From the NCBI RefSeq assembly GCF_009914755.1, contig NC_060927.1: a stretch of 64,000 nucleotides of DNA, one strand, 5' to 3'. This DNA is from the human T2T-CHM13v2.0 reference genome, Homo sapiens. Every line of letters starts with the position of its first letter. Position 1 is the stretch's first letter. The notes under the pieces are model-generated. The model made no database searches, had not been told where the DNA came from, and worked only from the letters and a program-made list of their open reading frames with translations. Positions 29,075 to 41,800 of the stretch are shown one piece after another. The translations under genes were made by a program, and so were the position numbers.

Positions 29075-29243
29075 ACCACCATGTCCAGTTTATTTTTTGT
29101 ATTTTTTTTTTTTTTTTTTTGTAGAGACAGGGTCTCACCATGTTGCACAGGCTGGTCTTGAACTGTTGGGCTCAAGCATTTTGGGAGGCCCACCTCAGCC
29201 TCCCAAAACACTGGGACTATAAGCATGAGCCACTGTGCCCGGC
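29075..29243 (-). mobile_element. AluJ remnant (left arm + linker; right arm lost)
   Basis: accaccatgtccag..tttgtagagacagggtctcacc..gagccactgtgcccggc. Confidence 0.9.
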
Positions 29244-29929
29244 TTTGTTGGTTTTTCTATCACTATGCTATTATGCTATAAAATATAGTAAAGGGGATGT
29301 ATTAACTGTTAATTTTATCAAGTAAACGATTCATCTTCGAGAATAACTAGGAGAAACATTCATTTCCATTATACTATTTGCTATAAGACAATTTCATAGA
29401 CATTTTTAGAGGTTTCTTTAAGATATCCTGTATTAGTTCTTATGCTATAGAAAGCTAGGGCTTTTCCCATCGTTGGATCTCCTACTGGATTTTCCTTTTT
29501 TTCTGCTATTCAAAATTTATGTTTCCTCTTGGGCTCACTTTCCTTTCCTCAAAGGTGTACTGCTGTAGTGTGTTCTCTCTGTGCCATGGCTCCAGTTGGC
29601 CGGCAGTCAGGTGGCCTGTCCTTCTGTCTGCCAGAATGGTCCTGTGACCATGCAGATCCTGACCTGCACTTGCAGGTCACAGGGTCAGCTGCTTCTGGAT
29701 ATGGCAAGTCCTAATTTGGAAACTGGATTCCATCCTGCCTACCACCAGCCCAGAAGGAAGGAAATGGAGTTTGTGGTGGAAGAAAACCGGCTATTGTTAT
29801 TAACAGGAGGTTATATTAAGCACTGTCATTTTTAGCACATTCTAAATAAATGCCTTATATTGAAGAGCCAGAGAAGGAAACGGAAACTTTGAAGCACCTT
29901 GATTAAAAAGTATGAGCTTAATTACAATT

Positions 29930-30005
29930 GGCACAAATTGTTCAGCATCTCCCACGTGCTGTCACTGTGCTGAGTACTTACATGTAGTAGTGAACAAGAC
30001 AGCTA
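29930..30005 (-). mobile_element. L2 3' fragment
   Basis: cactgtgctgagtact..gtagtgaacaagacag. Confidence 0.5.
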
Positions 30006-30096
30006 TGGAAGAAATAATTGCTCCTGCTGAAAATACTATGGCAGTGAAACAGAAGATGGGATGAAGTATTTGAGTAGGTGATTTAATCCTCTGGTC

Positions 30097-30657
30097 CAGG
30101 GGTCAGTAAAGTTTTTCTGAAAAGGGCCAGATAGCAAATGTTTTAGGCTTGTGAGGGTCATATGGTCTCTGCTGCAACTATTTGTCTTTGTCATTGTAGT
30201 AAAAAAGCAACTGTTGTGGACTGAATGTTTCTGTTGCTCTGAAATTCATATACTGAAGCCTTGCTCCCCAGTGTGATGGTATTTGGAGGTGGGGCATTTG
30301 GGAAGTAATTAGGTCATAAGCGTGGAGCTCTCATAAATGGGATTATTGCCTTTGTCTAAAGAGTCAGAAGAGAGATGATATCTGCAAGCCAGGAAGGTTA
30401 TATTGAAATCTTTGTAAGAACCCCACAGAACACACTGGTCCCCTGATTTTGGACTTCCTAGCCTCCAGAACTGTGAGAAATAAATTTCTATTAGTTAAGC
30501 CACCTAGTTTGTGGTATTTTGTCATAGCGGCTCAAGGTGACTTAAGACAGAATCATAAATAGTACACAAATGGACATGGCTTCTTTCAGTAAAACTTTAT
30601 TTATAAAAACAGATGGCAGTCTGCATTTGGCCCATTGGCCGCATTCTGCTGACCCAT
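30097..30657 (-). mobile_element. MER58A (hAT-Charlie) split by an MLT1A LTR
   Basis: caggggtcagtaaagtttttctgaaaagggccagatag.. and ..aaaactttatttataaaaacag..tttggccc..gctgaccc. Confidence 0.85.
30212..30549 (+). mobile_element. MLT1A-type MaLR solo LTR
   Basis: tgttgtggactgaatgttt..ggacttcctagcctccagaactgtgagaAATAAAtttc..taagaca. Confidence 0.88.
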
Positions 30658-30869
30658 CACCTTGGTGCTTTTTCTGCTTTTTCTCTGTTGTCCTCTGTGT
30701 GTGTTCCTTTGTCCTGATCCTTGTCACCTTGTGGGTCCAAAATGGTTCCACTAGCCTCATGGAGCCTGGCCTTACATTGCAGAGTCCAAAGCAGGAGCTG
30801 AGGGAAAATGAAAAACAACTTCTTCATCACCGGAAGCCCAGCAAACTTCTCCTTAAAAATCACTGGTCA

Positions 30870-31166
<297 letters not shown>

Positions 31167-31361
31167 TCATCATTGGTCAAAGTTGCAGCACCTGCCAACC
31201 TATACGCCAGTGTTCACCAGAGGGGATTAGGATTCTTATAACTGGCTTGTCCCGAGCATGACTTATTCCTTGGGATGAATACATTACTGTTCCAACAAAA
31301 TCCCTGTTGATGAGGTAACCAGCAGTGTTTCCATAGGAACTCGAGCTCCTGGCTATTCCTA

Positions 31362-31520
31362 GCCTGGTTCTCTGACCAGCAGCACCAGCGTCACCTGCCA
31401 GCTTGTTAGAATGGCAGAACCTCAGACCCTTCCTGTAACTACTATATCAGAATAGAAACCGCATTTTAGCAAGATCTGCAGGTCATTCACAGACACAGTA
31501 AAGTTTTAGACATGCTGATC
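31362..31520. mobile_element. MER5A/B fragment
   Basis: gaccagcagcaccagcgtcacctg..cttgttaga..gcattttagcaagatc..aaagtttt. Confidence 0.75.
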
Positions 31521-31599
31521 TGGAGAGGTAATGGAGGGCTATTTTAAGGAAATCCATGGAAATAAACTTGGAGAAAGAGTAGCTTGAGTGGTTGGTAGC

Positions 31600-32096
31600 T
31601 GATATGGTTCGGATCTGTGTCTCCCCCCAGATCTCATGTTCAGTTGTAGTACCCAGTGTTGGAGTTGGGTCCTGGTGAGAGGTGATTGGTTCATGGGGGT
31701 GGCTTTTCATGAATGGTTTAGCACCATCCCCTTGGTGCTGTTCTTGTGACAGTGAGATCCAGTTGTCTAAAAGTGTGTAGCACCTCCCCCTCCTCTCTCT
31801 TGCTCCTACTCCAGCCATGTGATACGTGTGCCTCTCCTTCACCTTCCTCCATGATTGTAAGTTTACTGAGGCCTTCCCAGAAGCCAAGTAGGTTGCAATA
31901 CCATGCATCCTGTACAGGCTGCAGAACTGTGAGCCAATTAAACCTCTTTTCTTCATAAATTACTCAGTCTCAGTCCTCCTTTCTTCCCCTTCCCTCCCTC
32001 CCTCCCTCCCTCCCTCCCTCCTTCCTTCCTTCCTTCCTTCCTTCCACTAACATCATAAGGTATTTTTTTATATCAGTGCAAGAACAGATTAATATG
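31600..32096 (+). mobile_element. MSTA-type MaLR solo LTR
   Basis: tgatatggttcggatctgtgtc..gaactgtgagccaattaaacctctttt; 5-bp TSD gtagc at 31595-31599 and 32097-32101. Confidence 0.93.
31974..32045. repeat. (CCCT)n(CCTT)n polypyrimidine tract inside the LTR
   Basis: About 70 nt of pure C/T. Confidence 0.92.
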
Positions 32097-33479
32097 GTAG
32101 CCCAGCCTTGACTCCCATTCATATAAATGCCATTATAATTCCAGTTTGTAGTGATATCTCAGATTTAATCCACATCTTAGTACATTTTATGGTGTTTAGT
32201 GTTCATAGTGGACCATAATTATTTAGAGGATCCTCTTTACTCCTTTTTGCCTCCAGCAAGTTCTGACAGTGTTCATAGTGTTAGGAGGTTGAAATTAAAA
32301 CAAAAACGAAAAAAACAGTTCGGGGGGAAGAAAAAAAAAATCTGTACATGTTGTCCTTTTCTACCTGTAATGTAGTGCATGCAGATGACAGGACATTTCT
32401 TGTCTTTATTTTGAAAATCATTTGCCATCGTTCATGATGTGCAACTGCATGAGTACATATGACTGTCAAGTGTCTGGATTCTATTTCTGAATTCAGGAAA
32501 CTCCAGAGTTAAGCAACCAAATTCCATTTCAGAATCCGCTTCTATTTTTGTTCTGTTCATTTGATCTTTTCCATCGGTAGGCACATTAGCTTACTAAGCA
32601 TAAAGAACTTTTTTTTCCTCCCAGCTATATATTCTCCACAAAACACTGAGGGCTTCCCTGGGAAATAAATCCCTGGCTAAATGGAAATGTGGTTGGTTTC
32701 ATGGTATATCTTCAGGTCTTGGACAACAGCTCTGTGCTTGCAGTCTTCTTTGTGTGACATTTGGAGGCCGAGCTCTCAAATGTCCCTTGAATTTCATTAA
32801 CTGGTGTGCTGTTTTGAGTTAACTGTGGAGAGAGGCCTATTGGAGATGGTCCCTGCCAGTTGGGCAGCTCTCCCACTTGGCTGTTTTGAGAATTGTTATA
32901 TCCTGTACTATGGAAACAGGATGAACTTGGCCATGAGTGTGGGCCAGAAGCCTCTATCCCATTTATGCGGACTTGCTGGCTGAGTTTTGAGAAGTGCATG
33001 ATTTCATTTGGGCTGTGGTTTGCTGCTAACCGTGTGAGTCTGCAAAATGATCCCTTTTAAGTAGAACCAGGACAGAATAACCCTGGAGCTATGTTTGGTG
33101 TGGTTTGTCTGCAAGGGTTAAAAGCTCACTACAGGATGTTGCTGCTTTATAAAATTGAGGCCTCCTTGAAAGTTGTGTCATTTCTATGCTTTATGAATAG
33201 GATTATCTTCTTTATGCAGCAGTCATTTGATGTTGAATAGAAGCTGAAGATACAGTTCCTCTGTAAAGATTTCATCATTGTTTGATTGGTAAAGGTGGAC
33301 ATTTTCCCCCCTTTCCAGGTGAGGTATACGTGCGTTCAAAGAGGGATGGGGCAGGAAGGTGGTTGGCGGTGGTCAGAAAGCCATCTGTAACTCAGGTGAT
33401 TTTCCTGTACCGGTCACCTAGCTGAATCTGAATGAGAGTTTTTTGTAAAGTTGTGGTAGAAGATAAATTAGCCTGATGA

Positions 33480-33610
33480 TGGATTATGCACTATTTCTCT
33501 TCTGCTATAAGGGGTATGAGGCCGGAGGTTAGGAGACTCACACACAGTCATGTTGTCTGTCAGAGGGAGGATGAAGCCGAGAGTTGAGTGGCCTTCAAGC
33601 TCCCTCTGGT
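33480..33610 (-). mobile_element. MIR fragment
   Basis: tgaggccggaggttaggagactcac..cagtcat..gtcagag. Confidence 0.45.
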
Positions 33611-34277
33611 TGCTCATACCTTGTTTCTTTCTCCTTCTTATGAGTTGGGAACATGCCCAAGAAACCTTGTAAGTGTGAAATACAGCATGCCTAGTCTCTC
33701 CTGCAGAATAATGCGACCCCATATTTGTTAACCACACAGACCTTAGAATGTGACAGTTTTCTAGCTTAAGTGAATTGGAATGAAACCCTATCACATTTTC
33801 CAAACCAGACTTATTTTGCCTGAGTCCATTTTTTTAATCCCCTACTTTCTACTTGAAAAATGAAATTGCTTGAATTTACTGAAAGAAAAAGTCATAGCAA
33901 TTGTCAGACTGCATGAGGAGGGTATTTATTCAGATTTCATGGATGGGGCCAGTATTTTCTGGAACATGTTGCTGAAGTTTATGAGCATTTAAATTATAGG
34001 ATGCTATTTGGGATTCTCCCTAAAACAAAAGCTTTTATAGTGTGATACTATGCTTTTAAGAAGACAAAAACACTGGTTTGATTTTTTTTTCATTTCAGTT
34101 TTTACTTCTGTTTTAAAAGTTTAAATATATTTTCTAGAGATATTGGAGATAAGGGGGATGAAAATGTCTTATCTCTTTTCAGGGTTGATATATATTTATA
34201 GAAAGGTATCAGATGTATTGTGACAGTCTATAGATGTAATAAAATATTTCACTATAAAACAGTTGATTGGAGTCATA

Positions 34278-34486
34278 CAGTGGTTCTCAACTAAAGGTGA
34301 TTTTTCTCTTCCCCTACTCCTGGGGACATTTGGCAGTGGATGGAGACATGTGTGGTTGTCACAACGGGAAGGATGTTGCTATTGGCAGTCTAGCGAGTAG
34401 AGGCCGGGGATGCCACTGAACATCCTACAATGCACAAGGACAACCCCCACAGCAAAGGAGTCTTTGGCCCCAAATGAGAAACCCTA
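34278..34486 (+). mobile_element. MER20
   Basis: cagtggttctcaac..ggggacatttggca..ggttgtcacaac..catcctacaatgcaca..gagaaaccct. Confidence 0.92.
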
Positions 34487-36186
34487 GAGTGGCATAACCA
34501 AAACCAAATGCTTTAATAAATACCCAGCCCTGAGGTTTTGGTATTTAAAGTGACATTTAACATCACCAAAAACATGTCAAAAATGTGTCAGCCATTTAAC
34601 ACATGCATAAAGCCTTCTTTTTTAAAATAACAGATGTGAGACTTCTGAGCCACATTTTTCCTAGAGGTTGTTCTCTCTCTGGGAATGAATACCGAGGTGC
34701 TATTTCACATTATAAAATTTTTAGCTACTGAAGAATTATGTTTAAATTTGAAAAAAAAAATACTTTTGCTTTTTACCAGATCGAGCGTTTCTTTAGTGGC
34801 ATTCTCTTTTAATCCAGTGATTTTCAAGTGACCCCGTATTTAGTCCTAAAGTTCCATTTCTCAACTGAAACTCAACATTTAGTTGAGTAGCCCATTCTAG
34901 TTCTATATGCTTTTCATAATGGGCTTCCTTTGAGCAAAGTTCATGCATTGCACCTAACCGTCCTTTGGATGTGAGTTTTTCATTGTGGATTACTGCCCAA
35001 AGAAGTGATGAATTAAATTGTTAAACTCATTTAGCTGTGACCTGAGATGAATAGAGTGCATTTGAAAAATGAGCACAGGTTGTTTATGAGCCGTCGTGTC
35101 GGCATCACACTTCAGAGTCGGTGTAGATGTCTACCGCTCTAGCCCTATGGGCTGCAGTGATTCAGGAGCAAGAGCGAGCAGTGGGTTCTTTCTAACGTGT
35201 CAGCCTTTTGACCTTGAGCTGCATTAAGGCTTTCACATGTGCAGTTGATTAAGATTTTTATTTTCTTCCTTTATTTCATTCGTACCATATGCACAGAGAG
35301 TCGTGGATAACAGTTTAGACTAAATAAAGGACATTGAATTGTCAGTAATGAAATATCTTGTTTTAATTAAAACTATTAGTAATGCTCTTTCTTGCCCTGG
35401 ATACTAGGATATTGACATACTTAATGGTAGAATAACAGATAATGCGGTATTTTTTTTTTTTTTTGCTTTTTACTCCTACAAATTGCTTTTAAATTCTCTA
35501 AGATCTGGTTGACAATTGCCAGTATAAGTATTTATAGAGAAAGATAAAGATGGAGCTACCTACACTGTATCTATAAATACAGCTGTACATATAAAATTTG
35601 ATGGTGACAGCCATCTTGCCTGTTTCAGCTGTGTGTGTTTTTAGGAAGATTTGAATATAAAAGATTTGTATTTATATAAATTATTTTTTGTATTTTGTGT
35701 GGCTTCATACCCTCAAGGGTGACTTTGAAAGGTATCTTGACCCAGGGACACCAACGAGTTTATTCCAACAATTCCACGTGGAAGAATGTCAGTGATTCCC
35801 TGGAGGTCAGAGTTCCGTCTCCCCCTGTCTTCTCAGCAGTGTGATGAGGGGCTCCCAGCACACAGATTATCACTTCCATTCCTTTTGGGATGTAGACCTG
35901 CATCTTATGTGTTGCGTCTTACTTTTGAGTTACTGTGAACAACTGTTTTCTTCATCTGCCAGTTAAAGACAAATTACAAGGAGGAAAGGATGGAAAATAC
36001 AGGAAAAGAGTGTGAAAGCCCAAGAACTTAAAGCTCTGGATGTACAGTTGTTCTTTTTTGTGGAGTCAAGCGTCATTGTGGCATCCTCTATGGGTGTTCC
36101 AAAATTACAATTATAGTTAGAGAAATAATATAGGTAATTATGCTGTCGAACCACTGTAAAGGAGAGCACGTAAAAGAAGGCAGTGC

Positions 36187-36468
<282 letters not shown>

Positions 36469-37929
36469 TCATTGCTTAGAAGGGCCCAAAGCTCCTTCCT
36501 GCCCGTGGGCCATGTGCTGTGGTTCCTGCAGCCTCCCCAACCTGATCTTCTCTGTTTGCTTTTGCTCATTTTGCTTCTGCAGCACTCACTGCTGGGCCAC
36601 TTTGCTCTGTTCTGATTTGCATTCTTGTTCTGTGCTACCTGTGCCTGGAAGGCTCTGGAAGGTTTTGCGATGTTGAGCGCATTTTCACCCTCAACAGTTC
36701 TGCTTAAAGGTTTATTACTTGTTGTGGCTAACTCCAAGTTACTTTGCTGCCGTTTTTCTGGAATCCTGCTTGATGATATTTGGTAAATAGAATAATGTTG
36801 GCACAGACACACTGCTCTTCTGTTTCATGTGTGGTAGTGGTATGTCCACAGTCTTTTTTGATTCTTCCCTTACTAAGTCATGGCCACGTTACCCGTGCTG
36901 CCTCCGGAGCTAAGCTAACCTCACTGGATCTGCTGGCGAGGGACTGTGTGTCCCGGGCCCAAATGGGTTACTGCTCTTACACAAGTCAAGACCCCGTGTC
37001 CTCTTAGAGCTGCCTTCCCACCCTCTTCTAACCTTGACTTTACTAATTTAAGTTTATGATCTAACATGATCAAACGCACAACTGAGTCTATGTTGTTTAC
37101 TTTCTGGTGGCTTCAAAGAATATCCAACCACCTCCATTCCCCTCAAAACAAAAACAAAAACAAAAACACCAGGAGATTCATTCAAGGATGATGACCATAT
37201 TATCATTTTTCATTGTCTGATCCATGTTATTTGTTGAGTGGATGTTATGACAAACTCTCATGTTTAATAACAAAATCGTGTTTCTGTTCTTAGCTCCAAA
37301 GCCAGACCTTTGGTCCTAAAGTTTTTGAAGCTTCTGGTTGAAACATTGCTCTTCTATGTTGTCTTCCTTTCTTAGGAATGGTCAACCTTTATTGTACTCA
37401 TGACATTCATCATTTGTATTTTCATTTTTTATTTTTTTACTATTTAAAACATGTTTTTTGCTAACAATATTTTCCCCTGCCAAAATCTGTTTGCTTTTAA
37501 AAAATGAATTAGCTTAGATTTACTCTCCAGGTCAATTATATATCTACCACTAAGTGTGTGTCAGATGGGGTCTGCAGGTGTGGGACCAACTAGCTCCTTT
37601 CTGAAGCCAATGGTTTGGTAAAGCTTTGTGACCTGAGAGCTGCATCTTTGGATTGGATATTACATAGATTCTTGTAATGCAGCACTGCATGGAATTATCC
37701 CAATGTGGGCATCGGTGTTGAACACAACAGACCATAAAATTCCATTTCATTTCTGTTGCATAAACATAGGATCACAAATAGTGTGATTATTTCTAGCAGC
37801 CTCAGGCGTCTTAGCCAGGGGGAACATGTAGGAGACTATGAATACTTAAATATATTATAAGCTTCCCCACATGAGCTGACCAAGTACCTTTGACACTAGC
37901 CTTTAAAAGGGTCGAATATAAAAACCTCT

Positions 37930-38155
37930 AATACGGTCACTTGCTGAGTTCTTACTGTGTGCAAGGCGCTGTTTTCATGCTTTCATTTGCATTATCACAG
38001 CAAGTCTTCAAGCTAGCATTGTAGTGCATTATATTCTCACTTCACAGCTGAGGGCATGGAAGCCCAGAGAGGTCATGACACTTGGCAGAATTGCACAGTA
38101 AGGGCAAAAGGTGGGTTTTGAACCCATGTCTTTTGACTCAAAACTTGTAACCACC
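37930..38155 (-). mobile_element. MIR
   Basis: ttactgtgtgcaaggcgctg..cacagctgaggg..cccagagaggtca..tttgaaccca..tgactc. Confidence 0.8.
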
Positions 38156-38699
38156 ACCACCAAAATCTTGGTCAGAAACAATTCAGTTTCTCTCACAGTT
38201 GCTTTGATCTTGATTGGCTTTCCCTTATGGGTTTTTCAGGCGCAGCATTCTCGTGTTCTCCTTGTCTCAGTATTTCATGGGAGGCAGGCAGTGCCGCAGA
38301 GCCTTGAGGAAGACTAATCTGGACCAAGACTGGGGCTAGAATAAATGAATGAAACCCCCCACTTGCTACTTCACTTTTAGCTAAAAAGTCCAAAATGGTT
38401 AAATTGGCTGTCTGAAACCCATATGGCTGAGAATTTGTGGTCAGACAAGCAAAACTGAGCACAGCCTCTGCTGCGATCCTGTGATTGGGGTCCCCAAAGC
38501 AAATGTCTGTTGGAGTTCCTCAGAAAGCATAAATATGCAAAACAAAAAGGTAAAAGACAGTAGGAAATAGTGGAGCTGGGGTCTATGTGGAAAGGTACAT
38601 TTCTCTTTTCAACTTCAGGTTAAAAAGTAGTAACAAAATCCTAAAAACCTGGTGGTGAATCAAAATGATGCTGAGATACGATTTTGTCCCCTCTGCAGT

Positions 38700-38960
38700 A
38701 AGAGTGCTGATCTGTGATGGCAGAGATCTTTTTTATTCTTTTTTGCTCTCAACTATTAATTGTACTGGGTACCTGATGGGCACTCATTAAATATGTTGTG
38801 AACAAATAACAAACCACTGTAAGACTCAGTTTTCTCATCTATAAAATAGTCATGATGAGAGTTCACAGCTCAGGGGGTAAAATGAGATTCCCCACCAAGC
38901 ATACGTTGCTTCTGGTGTCTGGTGAGTGTAAGTGATAATGGAAGTGCTGACTGTTAATAA
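38700..38960 (+). mobile_element. L2 3' end followed by MIR fragment
   Basis: ggcagagatc..ggcactcattaaatatgttg; ctcagttttctcatctataaaat. Confidence 0.55.
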
Positions 38961-39804
38961 CAATTTCCACTAATTGATTAATTGATTATTACCATGTCAC
39001 TCCTCCATGCTTTACTTGGTAGCAATGACCTTTTGTAAAGGGTCACCTAAGACCATCAGAGTGTGACTCAACATTGACGGTGGCCACTGACGCCCCTTCC
39101 ACTGCTCTCTAGTCCCATGGTTTCCTCTCCATTTTCTAGAGTGTTTTTTAGATACTGTATCTCACCAGTAGCCATAGGAAATGATGAGATAATCAAACAG
39201 ATTTCTGCCTTGTCTCCTCAATGATACCAGTTTTTTCTTTCTTTGGCATTTATATCAAACATGTAATCAGTAGATCAGCTAGTTTGAAAATAGTCTCCAC
39301 TGCAGAAATTCACCCCATTAGATATCTGTGCCATCAAGCCCAGGGAAAGCAAATTTCCTCTCTGCAAGTGAGCCACATGTGGGTCAGGCAGGCTCATGCT
39401 TTCGCTCCTGCACCTGTGTTTTCGTGTCTGAATATTTTATGGGCTTAAAGATGCAGCTACAATTTCCTCACTTTGTGGGGACATTTAGCTTGTTCTACAG
39501 GGTGTTTAGACTTTCAGTGGTGTGGGGATGTGTATTCTAACAAGAACAAAAGAAAGGTGCCAGTCTTAAGCGTAGCTCTCATCACATTAAGTTTTATATA
39601 TGCATATATAGAGATGTGTATATATTTTTAAATGTATTAATTAGAATCACTGACACTGCATATTCTGGTGTATGTCAGAATGCCCTAGGAGATGGATGCT
39701 TAAGTAATCTGCAGAGTGGATTATATCCTTGCATTTGCTCTAAAACTTGGATTTGCTAATACTGACTGTGCTATTCACAAAATTTAAATATCTTTTCTCG
39801 GTGT

Positions 39805-40220
39805 GTGCATTTGCAATCCTGTTTTTCTGCTGTAACAATAGTCCAAGTAACAGTGACTTTTAACGATATGCTGAATTTTGTTCTCATCTAGTAGTCTGTC
39901 CTCCAGCAATTTAGGGCTGATCTGGTGACTATGTTGAGTTGATCCTGACTACGCCTATCTTGCTCCTGTGTTGTCCACCACCTGTCTCATGATCACAGGT
40001 GGGGACCCCAGTTCCTGCCATCATATCTGCATTGTGGCCAGCTGGAAGGTACAAAGTATAGAGTATGTCTCATTCCCTTTTAAGAGTGTGTGCTGCTCCC
40101 ACTCTTGTCCTATTGGTCAGAATTTATTCACATGTACATCCCTAGCTGCAAGGGAAGCTGGGACATGTAGTCTTAAACTTGGGTGGCCAGCAGCCACTGA
40201 CCTGGGGGTTCTATTGCTTA
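39805..40220 (-). mobile_element. Old MLT1 (J/K-like) LTR
   Basis: gctgtaacaa..taacagtgactt..attggtcagaa..cctagctgcaagggaagctgggacatgtagtctt. Confidence 0.7.
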
Positions 40221-40259
40221 TTTTGTTGAAATAAATTGACATAGTCTTCTGACCATGGG

Positions 40260-40358
40260 GAGCTTATTTGTCCTGTTGTGTATCATGCCCCTGGTGCTCA
40301 AATCAGTGGCTGGCACATCATGATGCATGGGATGCGTTGCTTAAATGAATGAATGAAA
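40260..40358 (+). mobile_element. L2 3' end
   Basis: cagtggctggcacat..aatgaatgaatgaa. Confidence 0.6.
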
Positions 40359-41199
40359 TGGAGTTCATCTCCTCTTTGGAACTTCTTGAGTGCGGAGTTC
40401 CCAACACGTCCCTTCCACCTTCCTTTCACAGCTCTTCTTTCCATTCCAGGGGTTTACAGACATCCTCCTCTCCTTCCCACACATGTGCCTTTACTGGCTC
40501 TGAAGAGAGCTGCCACGTGCAGCCCCCATCTCCGCCTCTCCCTACACCAGGCCCAGCACCCACATTCCCTTTAACTGTTGTGCATTTTCATAAGCTGAGG
40601 TCCTTCCCCCATCCTTGTCTCTCACCTCCAAACACATTCCAGTTTGCTCATTTATTCTTTAAAAGTGTGATCTACATAATGGAGCACAGCTTCTCAGTTT
40701 TGCAAGTAACAGATGGACAGAATACGTCCTGCTTCGTGTGCTTTTGATGGACATCCTGTCTTCTCCACACTCTTGACTACAATTTCTTTCTGTGTGGCAC
40801 AGAACATGGCAAAATTACGCACGTGCACACATACAGACTCACACACCCAACCCCACCAAAAATACATATTAAACAAACTTCATGGCAGGCAGAAGAAAGG
40901 AACTTTCTTGATCTTTCTCCAGATGCAAAAAGAAACACTACCTAAAGCAGTGTAGACAGTTTAGGCATAAGGGCAGCTGGACAGTGGTACATTTTATACC
41001 ACTGTTAGTATACTTGTGCCATGTAGGGCTTTATATTGACCACTGACTTTACTGCTGATATCTTTTTTTAATCGTATTCTTATTCTCGGAGTCCCTTACC
41101 TTTTTTTTTTTTTAATGTTGTAATTTCTGTATATTTGCAAGATGTCCCAAATCCAAGAAGTCATCATATATATAAAGTATGTATATCTTAGAATTAATA

Positions 41200-41800
41200 T
41201 TAGCCAACCTCACCTAATCCTGTCTGTCCTGGGCATTGTTCTGAGCACTTCATATAGAATATTTAATTTAATAACTGCTTGGTTTAAATGATGGTGTTCC
41301 CTTCAAAATGCGTGTTGAAACTTAATCCCCAGTGTAAAAGTATTAAGGTGTGGCCTTGGATGGTGATGAGGTCATGAGGACTTTGCCCTCATGAATGGTA
41401 TTACTACCCTTATAAAAGAGATTAAAGTTGAATGAAGTGCTGTCTTGCCCTTCTATTCCCTCTGCCACATGAGGAAACAGCGTTCCTCTTCTCTGGAGAT
41501 TGCAATACAAGGCACCATCTTGGAAGCAGAGAACAGCTCTCATCAGACATCAGTCCTGTTGGTGCCTTGACTTTGGACGTCCCATCTTCTAGGACCATGA
41601 GAAATAGATTTCTGTTCTTTATCAATTACTCAGTTGCAGGAATTTTGTTACAGCAGCACAGACAGACTAAGACAATTACCCTGTGGGACAGGTACTAGTT
41701 CTATCCTCTTTAAGTGAGGTGAGTAACTTGCCCATGAATTCTTTTCAGAGATGAGATTCAGTACCAGGTGACTTGAATCCAGAACTCATGCTCTTGAGTA
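41200..41800 (-). mobile_element. MIR split by an MST LTR
   Basis: gggcattgttctgagcacttcatata.. and ..gaggtgagtaacttgccca..tccagaactcatgctctt. Confidence 0.6.
41276..41674 (+). mobile_element. MST (MSTB/C/D-like) MaLR solo LTR
   Basis: gttgaaacttaatcccca..gccctcatgaatgg..caaggcaccatcttggaagcagaga..gactaagaca; TSD ataac/attac. Confidence 0.9.

Noticed and set aside
28652-29161. Longest ORF (169 aa)
   Set aside because: Read-through of an antisense L1 3'UTR and an Alu; GTG start
31483-31956. 157-aa ORF on the - strand
   Set aside because: Lies within the MSTA LTR and MER5; typical repeat-derived open frame
38490-38690. Possible MER45-like DNA transposon relic
   Set aside because: Similarity too weak to call by eye
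40981-41005. 9-bp hairpin acagtggta/taccactgt
   Set aside because: Short enough to be expected by chance in 64 kb
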